Part shown: positions 9,601 through 20,000 of the stretch, piece after piece
Layout of the letters: every line of letters begins with the position of its first letter
How positions within the stretch are numbered: position 1 is the first letter of the stretch
Program-made: the position numbers and the translations under genes
Assembly: GCA_009602725.1 (NCBI GenBank)
Contig: WELB01000032.1
Coordinates: 358,225 to 378,224, forward strand
Direction: 5' to 3'
Origin: Spirogloea muscicola
Lineage: Eukaryota
DNA length: 20,000 bases
Notes under the pieces: generated by a model
What the model saw: only the letters and a program-made list of their open reading frames with translations
What the model was told of the DNA's origin: nothing
Database searches by the model: none

Positions 9601-11073
9601 AATCCAATAAGGAGGTCAAGACACCCCAGGGATATACACTGTCCTCCGACAGGCGGGACAACTTCTGCCAGCAATTCCAATTTCTGTGGCTCAATCAGCA
9701 CATACGGAGGTATACCACAGCTGGACAAGGCTAGTGAAGCTCTGGCATGTACCTGTGGCACTTCTCCTCCAACCACAGCTGTCAAATCGATCCCAGCAGA
9801 GCGCAATGTGAAAGCTAGCATGGCTGTGGTCGTGCTCTTTCCTGAGGAGGCAACTGCACAGGTGCATCAGAAACATCATGCCTCTACAGAAGGTAGAATG
9901 TGCAGGTCTTCCAGTGCACTGCAGGATCTGGAGCCATTGAAATGGGAAAGCTGCAGCGTGAGATGCATATCACAACTGCAACGTCATTGCAATTATGAAG
10001 CAGATGGACAAGGACAGCTTGGGTGGTGGAGCTTCTCTGCCCACCATGAGAGCCGGCCACGGCGACCAGGTCTGACTTGGCTGTGAGCTTTCCAAGCCAC
10101 TCGCGCCGGTTGTAGCTGGGAAGGCACGAAAAGTCAAGACTTGACATCAAAGTGGCATCAACGACTGCGGCTGACTTTGTGGAGCACCCACCTTTGAGCC
10201 ACAGAGCAGCCTAACAGAAACATGACCTAGTCCGTTGTGCTTGTCATTGCTTGCTTTCTACATAAGAAAGCAGGAGGTACATTGGAGGTACATTGGAATC
10301 CCCATTGCAATGGCGGCCTCGACTTCCTCGTTGCCAGCAGCAATAGCACTGGATGCCACAAGTGCGTCTGGGGACCTGTACCGCCTCTGACCAGCTGTCA
10401 GCTGTGCCGCGCTGTGCCCAACATAGACATCTGCGCCCGCCTCCCGCAATTTGTGCAGGCGGTCACTGTCCACGGCATCCGAGCCGCTGACTTGCCAGCC
10501 CTGCAGATGCACGAATGGGAACTTAAATTCCTGATTGGCGTCCAGGAATGATGCAAGGCTTCGTCATAAGTCCACTTGCGCTGTGCTACTGTTGGCCTGT
10601 CTGCCTGGTTGGTGGCAGAAGATGAATGGAAGCTGAACCAGTCGAAAGGAGATGGCCACTCCAGGTCAGACCTGCTGTAGCGCAACCAGGGCCAAGGCAG
10701 ACAGGCCAGCTCCGCCGATGCCAACAAAGTGCACGGACTGCGCCGAGGCCCGCTGGCGTACGGCCGGAAGCTCCGCAGGGCACGGCGAGGCCTGGCTCTG
10801 CGACGACCTCTGGGAGGCGGCCATGCAAGGCCAACGGCAGCCTCTTCTTCGAAGGACGCGGGCGTGGACCCTACTCGAGAGCCGTCCTCCAGCTGAGGCC
10901 ATCAGCAGGCAGCTGCGCAACCGAAGACATGTTGGCGCAGCACTGACGGCGGCGCTCGTGGCCAGGGCGCGGCGGCAGGCTTCCAGCGGAGGCGCGCGCG
11001 GAGAAGCGGCGGCGGCGGCGGCGGTCCCGGCATCGGGGAGACCGCTCCTGTGGAGCAGCCGGGCCATGGGCAT
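6617..11073 (-). CDS. murC: UDP-N-acetylmuramate--L-alanine ligase (MurC), nuclear-encoded, probable plastid transit peptide, ~627 aa
   Basis: 14 exons: 11073-10672, 10500-10292, 10115-10045, 9841-9753, 9386-9333, 9152-9057, 8949-8873, 8671-8461, 8335-8261, 8024-7744, 7486-7417, 7232-7137, 6962-6866, 6672-6617; all GT-AG, 1884 nt in frame. Motifs: [36 protein letters not shown] (P-loop), [45 protein letters not shown]. Confidence 0.96.
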
Positions 11074-11197
11074 GGGGCCGAAGCTGATCGATCGCTGGCG
11101 CCAGGGAAAGGCGCCTGCCGTGCTCTAGCCGTGCAGCCGGAGGGCCCGTCGCCACCGAGTGGCACGTCAGGATGAATGTGGACGGCTGGGGGTCGAT

Positions 11198-11230
<33 letters not shown>
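11198..11230. repeat. (GCG)11 microsatellite upstream of murC (probable 5' UTR)
   Basis: 33 nt of perfect GCG units, ~125 nt upstream of the murC ATG. Confidence 0.9.
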
Positions 11231-11236
<6 letters not shown>

Positions 11237-11411
11237 CCGGCGTTGGCTGGGCCGGCCAGGTCTCGCGCGAGCGCTGGTCCCGCTCTCGACGTCCCTGACT
11301 GGCGGCAAGCGTGGGCGTGAGCCCACACTTGTCGACAGTGGGAAGACAGGAGCCAGGCAAGCATAGAGCGAGTGGGGGATGGCGCCCGCGGGTGCGCACG
11401 AAGTACAGAAG

Positions 11412-11755
11412 GAATGCGGCTGCTGATATTCAAAGAGCGGCTGTGAAAGCCAGCCAGATGCATACAGGTGTTCTTGACGGAGCCACAGGCGAGGCAGACA
11501 GGGGCGCTCTGAGTACCCCCGGGTCAGCAGTAGGAAGTCAGACGAGCTGAGGGGAGGAAGAGCAACCCCGCTGCGCAAGCCAGAGGCTGCTGCAAGTGCG
11601 CGACCGGCGCGGCGGTGCAAAGCAAGCGCTTGGGAGCGCTGGAGGGACATAGACAATCGCATGCGGTAAAGGGGGAAAAAGCAAGCTCGGCCAGATTAAG
11701 TGGTGGCTGGGAGAGGCCAGCCCAAGGACAAGGTCTGAAGGAGCCGGAGTGCTAA
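11412..11755 (+). repeat. Second locus of the 1333-1480 module, split by ~205 bp of extra sequence
   Basis: 11412-11466 matches 1333-1387 at 54/55 nt. About 11675-11755 aligns with about 1393-1480 (aagctc..cca..ttaag.t.gtggctggga.aggccagccca...ggacaaggtc.gaag.agccg). Confidence 0.88.
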
Positions 11756-12280
11756 GGGAAAAGGAGCGCCGTGCACATGCCATGACTGGCCTCCACCAAG
11801 GCAAGCCAGTATAGTATTTATGAATGGAAGAAGTGTGTCACCTAGTTATCCAAATTGACATACGTCATGCTTGCCACAAGACACGCCTAGTTGTGGTCAC
11901 AAGAGAAGCGTGCAGCTGCCTGAGCACTTACACCACAGTTAGGTCTATCTTTTAATACCGATACGTATTGCGATATGTTCAACTTGCTGCCTTTCCTAAA
12001 CCCATCCCCTCCCTGTTCCCCTCCCAAGCCCCCCTCATCCAAGCACGCAAAGCACCCAGGAGTTCCTTGCCCACTCCAATCGACCCTTGCTGCACTAATC
12101 TGGTGAATTCGGCACAAAGAGATGGATACAGATGCGGGAACGTGCTGTACATTGGACAGCCAAGCTGCCATGCCCACTTGTGTCCATGCTTCTTGCCATC
12201 AATTCTGCTCAAGTCAGCAAGACGTGGAGGCACAGCAACTGCGTCCTGTCTGCTTTGCATGTGAGCATAAGTGCTCGTAT

Positions 12281-14411
12281 TCAGTAAGGCACATTGTTTG
12301 GCAAGTTCCTGATGACATTGCTCCTCATACCAACAAGCAGGCGCACACGATCTGCCCGCCTTAGCTGCGACTTCACAGTATCCCCACCTCGGACGCCCTT
12401 AAGCTTCCATGGGGCCTGCTTCGTTGTGAGGCCTAGTCTCCTGTACCTGGCAAAAGGCAATGACTGCTGCGTCAGCTGCTTTCTACAACCTGATCATATC
12501 TTTTTGATGATGTACCACTGGGTCGTTAAAAGCAATAGCAGGCAAGATTCACGTAGCATGTGCAACAAGCAATATCCCACACATTCCAAGAAAGGCACGG
12601 ACTGGCAGGTTCGCAAAAGTCTGGCTCCGAGTCGAGCTTTACACCATTAGGCCCAAGCACTGTGGTCAGCATGCGAAGTACGAGGCACACGAAGCACACT
12701 GATCTTTTCAGCTTGTCAGGAAATGCCATATTTACCTGGCTATCACAGAGTTGATTAACACACTGTCACGGTTATCAGCTGGTCTTGGCCGCTGTCGATA
12801 GTAGCGCGCCAAATCGCGAGAGCCCGCCACTTTGGTGACAGTGCCCCTGTCAGCATCTGCTCTTTTGATGACAAGTTCCATCCCGCTGGCACTGAGGCTC
12901 ACAGGTGCATCGTCATCGCCAGTTGCCAGCTCCATCCCTGGCCCTATCGCTTCATCCTGACTGTCCACACCAACAAGGACTATGTAAAACCCCGGTCACT
13001 TCATGGCAAAGCATTACCAAGCAGCAGATGAGCTCCATGGACAAGGGAAATGAAAGGTAGACATTTCAGGCGGTCTTTGCATCACTATCAAACACAAACC
13101 CTATCCTCATTGCTGCAAGCACCTGCTGCTGAAATCGTAGAACTCTTCCAGCTCCTCTTCTGCAATGCCCTCACCATCACCATATCGGAGCTTGCAGTGG
13201 CTCTTGTCATTCATGTGCTTGCGCACAGCTTCCACACTTACATACTGCTTCCCTCTTTCATCACAGAAGAGGCACATATACCCCTTGCTGACCTGAAACA
13301 GGCAGGTGCTTCTCAGGATAGTGGTCAAACATCAACAGTGGGATACATTGGCAGTTTCAGTATTCTTGCCTACAACCACATTATTGCACAGTAACACATG
13401 AGCTTAAGGAAGGCTGATGAATGTTCTGCACTTGTTTTCCCCCGTACCTTCAAGCCCAGGTACTTCAGCAGGCCCTGTACATCACTCAAGTACTCAACAT
13501 CTGGGATGAAAAAGCCATGGGCCCTGTGCATGTGCTCCACGCAGGCTCCCACATCATTTGCATAAACTCTATCACAAAAGAGACAAGCACTGGGGTCCCA
13601 GGATCCCTCTAGGTCTTCAACAGCATGCGCCTCAGCGTCATCCTCCCCGACCATACTAACAACCTCGCCCCGCTCGTCATTGTCCCCGTCGACTTCCTCC
13701 CAGTCGTCCTCCTCATCACTGCTTTTGCCGGCAACTGGTGGTGCACGACCATCAAGGTGCACTTGATCTTGGACAGTATCGCTAGGTGTACGAGCAGGAG
13801 CAGGTCGGACTATGGGAGCCTGGTGTACAATGTCAGCAGTATCTCCAGCAGCGCTCAGGTGCGCCTTTGAAAGTAGATGATTTCCGTGAGCCTTGGCGCT
13901 CGCATATTCCTTGTTACACACGGCGCACTTGTACAAGAAGCGAATGCTGTCAGCACCCTTTGCAGGCGCAAGCGCTTCCCAGCGCCTCGTGAACCAGTCT
14001 TCTGTGACTCCAGGCAAGCCAGCAACCTGAGCATCAACAACAGACTCTTGCGTGTCAGCCAAAACGTGAACGACGACCAGTCAAACTTATGCATCGTGCG
14101 TAATTCGCACTGTTTAGTCAAGATCAGCACGAGGCACGCATCACAGGTTGTAGCAGAAGTCAGTCTCTGAACGTAGGGGCTTCAAAAGCCTCTTGGCTGT
14201 CAAGCTGCACGCCGTGGACAATCATGCAGAAGACACACGACGTAGATTTCAGGAGCTGGGCGAGGCTGAGTTAGAATCCCCCAAGCACCGTCAAGGTGTC
14301 GCGTACCTTGCGCTTTAGATTGTAACGGTGCCAATCGCTGCGGTAGTGCGACCGCTGCGCTGCCTCGTCCGCGAAAGCGTCGTTGCAGGCGTTGCAGGTG
14401 AGCACGGACAT
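12281..14411 (-). CDS. REIL: REI1-like / ZNF622 C2H2 zinc-finger cytoplasmic 60S subunit maturation factor, ~414 aa
   Basis: Exons 14411-14307, 14026-13448, 13292-13123, 12960-12736, 12446-12281 (1245 nt). Motifs: LTCNACN...HYRSDWHRYNLKRKVAGLPGV, CAVCNKEY...HLLSKAH, CLFCD...HMHRAHGFFIPDVEYL, CLFC...AVRKHMNDKSHCKLRY, EFYDFS, GSRDLARYYRQRPRP, plant-type C-terminus NVIRNLPNNVPY*. Confidence 0.96.
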
Positions 14412-15210
14412 GACAGCTGGGGCACCGCGCGCGGCCTCCGGAGCCGCTGCGCTCTTGGTCCAAAGCTCGCTCGCCTTCCCCGCCGCCCTCGATGCACCAA
14501 GTGCCCCCCGCCTTCTTTGAAGGACGGGAGGACAAGAACACGGCACCTCGCGCCTCCCTCGGCCGTCAGGGCGACCAGGGGCCGGGCCGGCTGCACGCTC
14601 GGCAAGCGGCGTGAGAGCGCGCCGGCAGGGCGGAGCCGCCGCGAGAGCCGCCGAAAGTGGCGCCGGGACGTGCGGGGCGCGGCGCGTCGGGGGAGGCTGG
14701 GAGACTGCGGCTACTAACGTTGCATTAAGAGGGGCTGTGAATGCCGCCGCTCGTTTGGTGGGAAACGGGAAAGCCCATAAAAACGAGAGTGAAAGCCAGC
14801 CAGGTGAACGGTAGCCTGGGGGAAGAAAATGCACGGGGGCACACGGAGGTGCTTCGTCGGGCAGCGCCCGACGAAACCCAGGTGGCATGCCGTCAGGCCC
14901 CGGATCTTCCCCCCGCCGGGGCGATCGCACGGCGCAGCCGCGAGCCAGTGGAGATCAGGGCTTCCGGCGGATTCTTGCGGGCCTGCCTTCCAGAAGGAAG
15001 AGGGGGAGGGGGGGCTATTTGTCCACGCTTCCGAGCGCCGGAAGCGAGCGCCGGAACCGCACGTAGAGGTTACCGGGGAGGGCCTTGCGACCGGCCGATT
15101 CAGGTCAGGCGAGGAAGCTCCCACCCCGGCCTGCAAGCTCGCGGTCCTTCCACACCAATGGCGGCCTTGGCGCCGGAGCCCGCGCCGCGGCGCCGCACTC
15201 CAAAGCTGCC
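14412..15210. promoter_or_regulatory. Divergent (bidirectional) promoter region between REIL and the pirin gene
   Basis: Head-to-head ATGs 800 bp apart. Contains repeat-family cores at 14731-14748 and 14789-14803. Confidence 0.6.
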
Positions 15211-17565
15211 ATGACCGCCGCCGGCGCGGCCAGAGCTCACTTGGCCGCCGCGCTCAGCCCCAAGCCCTCGCGGCTGCTCCCCCCCCGCCGCGCGGCCGCT
15301 GCGGCTGCCGCAGCCTCGGCTTGGCGCCATCGTAGGCCATCGTCCGGCGCCCTGCCCTGCCGCTCGATAGTGGCGCCTGCGCGCGCCGTCGTGCAAGGCG
15401 AGGCCGCCAGCGGCAGCCCGTCCGCGGCCTCCAGCGCGCGTGCAGGCCTGCGCGAGGCAATGTGAGCTCGACTGCCAGCCGGCTGCTGGGTCGTCCTGCG
15501 ACCAGGACACTCCATGACGCCAGTAGCCCTGTTTGCGACGGAGCCGCGCCAGCTTATATCATTCCTGCGGCGCCGCCCCGTATCCGTGTCTGAGTTGGGT
15601 CGAGTCACTGACGTCTGCTCCTGTACACGCATCTGAGTTGCCACTGGCTGTCACTTTGCAGGGGCGAATTCAGGCTGATCCCCGGCAAGAGCCTCCATGT
15701 CTCGACGCCAACCTGGTGGCTCGAGAGTCGCTTCCACTTCAGGTCAGCAGGGCACTCCCGATTGCCAGCGGCTTCTCTATTCTAGCTTTGAGGAAACTTA
15801 TAATCATTTGGGCATTTTGCCTTTGGACACATTTTTGGGTCTCCCAGCAGATACTGCAGGGTTGGCCAACGTGTCCAGCATTACGTGCTTTTATGTAGCA
15901 ATTGCAGACGCAGCCGTAGGAAGTGGATAATTCGAGCTACTGGCTGCAACACCCAGCTGCTATGACTGCTGGACTTGCCAAGCTCCAGTGTGCTTATAGA
16001 TACGACACAATTTCTGTGCTGCCAGCTTTGCAGAGTACTACAATCCGAGCAACTCTGGCTTTGGGGTGCTCCGGGTCCTCAATGACGATCTTGTGAAGGT
16101 GGGCGTGCTTGCTTTTGAGCGGGGAGTGAGGGAGTAGCTCTCACTCTTGTGAGCTTGTCAGCGCAAGCAGTTGCTGGAGTGACTTGGACCTGTGCCAAGT
16201 AGTCTGTGATGAAGCTCGTATTGCATTGGCATGCACATATCAGAAGCAGATGGTAGTATACACTGCCATGGCCTGACCAGGTTTGTATGCAAATGCTGCC
16301 AGCCTCATGCAGGCTTCGGCACACATCCGCATGCTAACATGGAGATTGTAACCTATGTCGTTGATGGTCAGCTGACTCATAAGGATAGGTGAGTGCCTGA
16401 GATACTGTGGTCATGCATATCAGCACCATCCGTTTATTTTCACAGTAACACATCTCACTGAGGAAGAGCCACAAGGTCGAAGATGAATATGTTGTCACTT
16501 GCATGCTGGCAGCACTGGTACCGGAGAGTCCCTTGGCAGGGGCAGCGTACAATACATGAGTGCTGGACGAGGGATCACCCATTCAGAGATGAATGACGGC
16601 AATGACCTGTGAGTAGGCAAAGTGGGCGGTGTACAATGCATCCGTGTTCCGTCCCTCAATGAGGTGATGATAATTAAGGCTCAACAAAAGGTCTCATTAG
16701 CATGTCAAGGGCAAAAGCGTGACCTGGAAGTATGCACCAGAGAGACTTCTACTTTTTGTTAATCAATTCAATGGCTTCCTCGTCATCCAGACTGCGCTTT
16801 CTCCAACTCTGGATCAAACCCAACAAGAAGGGCCTGACGCCAAACTATGGATCCCGTGTCTTCAGGTATCATATCTGGTGTACATGCGTAATATTGCAAT
16901 CATGCTAATTTCTAGAGCTTGCATGTAGCATGCAGGACAGGAAGACGTGACAGCCTCTTTTGTAATTCAGAAGCAACATTCTTATGGAAAATGCATGAGT
17001 GTAGTGACTGATTCCTGATGGACTGAAGGTAGCTGACTGTCTGGGATGAGCGCAGCAAGGCAGCTAGGCACAACAAGCTCCAGCATGTGCTTACCAGCGT
17101 CGACGCGGTGGAGAAAGATTCTGGGTCAGGTGTTATTCCAGTACACCAGGATGCGAATATTTATGTTTCTGAGATGGACCCGGGCTTCGTGCAAGAGTAC
17201 ATACTGCAGAAACATCGGCAGCTTTATTTGGTCTGCATCGAGGGAGGCCTTTTGCTTGGGGATGGCAATGTCCTCCAAGCTCGCGACGCCATTGAGGTAT
17301 GTCAGCTTCCCTTGTTGTGCAGTCTTGATAGAACAAAGGGCCGAGTCCAAAGATTGATTGCCTGATCATTATGTAGACGTGGTCCAAGTACTTACCTTGG
17401 TGGTGGCAAATGCTTCCTCAGACTTCCTCATAGCCCTTGGCATGTTGGTTGCAGGTTCTAGCATCACACGGATCTGAACTGCCGCTGAACTTACATGCTG
17501 ATATATCAAGAGGGGCGCACATTCTCTTTGTTGAGATGGCACAGGCTCGGGGCGCTCTAGATTAG
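15211..17565 (+). CDS. Pirin-family bicupin (bacterial YhhW/quercetin 2,3-dioxygenase-like) with probable organellar transit peptide, ~337 aa
   Basis: Exons 15211-15461, 15662-15742, 16026-16098, 16303-16388, 16513-16608, 16791-16865, 17056-17296, 17455-17565 (1014 nt). Motifs: [76 protein letters not shown], VHQDA. Confidence 0.93.
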
Positions 17566-17942
17566 AAAGTTCTAGAATAAATGTACAAGTTTGGCACTAG
17601 AGCATCACCTACATGAGAAAATGCTGAGCAATTATATTACAGGTGAAGAACTAAGGACAACTGAAACTGTAGAATACTGTATAGTAGCCCCTGTCAAGTC
17701 ACTTGACTTTGCCAAGACTGGCTAAAGATCCTGCTTGCGGGACTTACAGACTTGCTGGAACTTGGACGTAGCCAAGTTATCAGTTTCACTGTAACCCCAC
17801 ATGCGTGTCACGTCATCAAGGAACTGCAAGATGGTGCTAGCATGTGCTCCACAAGCTTCACTTGTCAATGGGGGTGGATCTACTTGTTGTCTAACTACAG
17901 CCTCAAGTATAATGTGCTAAATCTACTTGCATGCTTATGACA

Positions 17943-20000
17943 CTAGCTGACCCTACTCTCAATGTATACTAAGCGCCGGTCCCGGTGCACCATCTCCTGT
18001 ACAAAGGGGACTTTGGTGGCTATCTTCCGCCAAATCATGTCAATAGCACAGGCAGGATGCTCGTACAAGAAGTACGGCCGCACGAGGCGAAGCTGCTCCT
18101 GCATAGCTTCCAACTTGTCTTGACTCACGCTCCTAAGCAGGTTGACGAGGTAACCGGGCACAACAGCCTGTGGCCGAACATAAACAGAATCTCACTTCCA
18201 GTTCCAAAATAAAATACATTGAACTTTGAGGTTTCAATACCAGCTGCATTTAAGACAAAGTGCAATCCAGAGCTAGATACCTGAGCTATTGACTGGCCCT
18301 GACACAGGATCATACACTTAACACTGGCAGATGCTCTTGAGAACGAGGGCTGCAATCATGCCAATCTACACTTTCAAGTTCAGCCGATTACCCACCTGAT
18401 TTGTCGAGACAAAAATGGAAAAGATAGAGTAGTCAAGCATGTCCTCAAATGGGAGCTCAATGAAGTCGCTGACAACGACCGGCACACAGATGCTAACAAT
18501 GGCGTCAAATATTCGGCCTCCCGAAGCGGTGTCGCCCGCTGGGTGGAGGCAGAACTTGGACGTACGCATGCCTTCCTGCGCTGCGGCAATGCCCGCCTTG
18601 TTTTGCCGTCCCTCCCCAAGAAATACTCCAGGCTCTGATTCCAGGATCTGGAACAGCTTGTCACGAACCGTACCACCCTGCATCGTGGTGGAACCGCCAT
18701 GATGTGAGTGCATCTGAAAGATAGCTGTGTGCATTCTCAAGGTCGCGCGAAGTCCCCATAGACAGCAAGGGAGCTCTCACCTCTTTGCGGTGGCGGGCGC
18801 CCATGAAGAAGAGCAGCGTGCGGCGCTCATCCTCCTCGCCAGGCATCGCCTGTGCCTCGTCAAATGGCTCAAGACGGTGCACGTACGGCAGAACCACGTC
18901 CTTGGCGAGCGACGCCTCCCGCTGCGTGTACTTGGAGAAGTCGGAAAGGAGGATGATGGATTTGTGCAAGCTCGCCTGCTTGGAGAGATGCACACAACCC
19001 ACAGCAGATGGAGCTCAGCGAGGTCCATCAGCCCTCTACTCCTCCTACGCTTCGCTGCCGTTAAGTGCTTGCCAACCAATGGCCATCGAAAGGACATGCT
19101 TGCGACAGAGCATCAGAGGCTCACCCGGACGTTGAAGAGGGCGTTTGGGTGTTGCCCAGGAAAGACGTGGTCGCAGCCCCCCGACCTGCTCCGACAGCCG
19201 AGGCCAAGGCCACACCCTGGTGTCACTGCGGCGTTCCGGTAAAGCGAGGTCATGGAAGTGGCGGGCACGTCAGGAGGCGGCGTCTACCTCTTCCAAGCCT
19301 CCTGCTCGCTGAGCCACGCCATGAGGTCCTTGTCCAGGTCCTGCCGACGCCGCCGCATCGTCGTCAACGGCCACTCTTGTCCACATGCTCATCTGACGGT
19401 TAAGCAGTTGTTAAGCACAACAATTAACTATCACAACACTTCATTATCACGAGCACATGGGCTCTAACAACACTGAGGTGGGACACACCCGCTGCTCACC
19501 TGCTTGACCGCCGTCACTGCAGACCCCTCGTCGGCGGCGGCGTCAGCGGAAGCTTCCGCCTCCTTGCGGGTGGGCGCCAGCGGGTCGACCTTGAGGAGCA
19601 GCGAGGAGAAGAAGGGCACAAAGACGACGTCGGCGGCCGCCGAGTCGGCGACCACCTCGACCGGCGACGCCTCGGAGGGCGAGAGCGGCCGCCGCTGCCG
19701 CCCGCAGCCGCCGCCGGCGGCGGCGCTGTCGTCGCCGCAGGCGCGCAGGAGGTCGCAGTAGAGGTACCACTCCGCCATGTGCTGGTGGTTGGGATAGCCC
19801 AGCCGCGGCGCCGAGGCGGCGGCCGAGGCGTTGCCGCCGCGGCCATGGGCGGCGGCCCTCGCGGCACGGCGGCCGCCGCCGCTGGCCCAGTAGGCGTCCA
19901 CGATGGCCCAGTTGAAGGCCGCCGGCAGGTCGTAGACGAAGACACGCAGCGGCCTGGCCGCGAGGGGCCGGCCGCTGCCTGGCCGCAGCGGCCCGCCGTC
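17943..20000 (-). CDS. Exostosin-family glycosyltransferase (CAZy GT47, ARAD1-like), 5' end outside the window
   Basis: Exons >20000-19500, 19340-19288 (acceptor less certain), 19185-19125, 18975-18781, 18677-18396, 18167-17943. Motifs: LRVFVYDLP, HQHMAEWYL, ADVVFVPFFSS, WKRSGGCDHVF, KDVVLPY, TLLFFMG, GMRTSKFCLHPAGDT, RIFDAIVSICVPVVVSDFIELPFED. Confidence 0.93.

Noticed and set aside
6617..11073. Bacterial contamination or a dcw operon
   Set aside because: murC has 13 GT-AG introns and is flanked by eukaryote-specific genes.
10871..11662. 263-aa ORF with poly-Arg upstream of murC
   Set aside because: It derives from the GCG microsatellite and repeat modules and has no recognisable domain.
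6617..20000. Functional gene cluster linking murC, GT47, pirin and REIL
   Set aside because: The products act in different compartments and pathways (plastid, Golgi, cytosol). Nothing beyond adjacency links them.

Overview
GC-rich, gene-dense eukaryotic nuclear DNA with short GT-AG introns. The gene content points to a non-seed streptophyte, most likely a streptophyte green alga (inference). Genes spliced by hand: (1) last exon of a MATE/DTX transporter (+, 95-301); (2) an atypical 492-aa alpha-crystallin/HSP20-domain protein (+, 4166-6077, 3 exons) with a duplicated N-terminal motif VLPFGLPDxxFDLxW; (3) a 14-exon nuclear murC with a transit-peptide-like extension (-, 11073-6617), implying plastid peptidoglycan synthesis; (4) REI1-like/ZNF622 60S maturation factor (-, 14411-12281, 5 exons); (5) a bacterial-YhhW-type pirin with a transit-peptide-like first exon (+, 15211-17565, 8 exons); (6) a 5'-truncated GT47 exostosin glycosyltransferase (-, >20000-17943). 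The least explained part is 1.3-3.8 kb. It has no recognisable gene and is a patchwork of modules built around a recurring ~20-50 bp element, GGGCTG-N7-8-CAGCCC, often followed by AGAAAGAATGGACAAGGT(C/T)CGAAGGGGCC. The element occurs about 15 times in both orientations, reappears upstream of murC and in the REIL/pirin divergent promoter, and was not seen inside transcribed genes.
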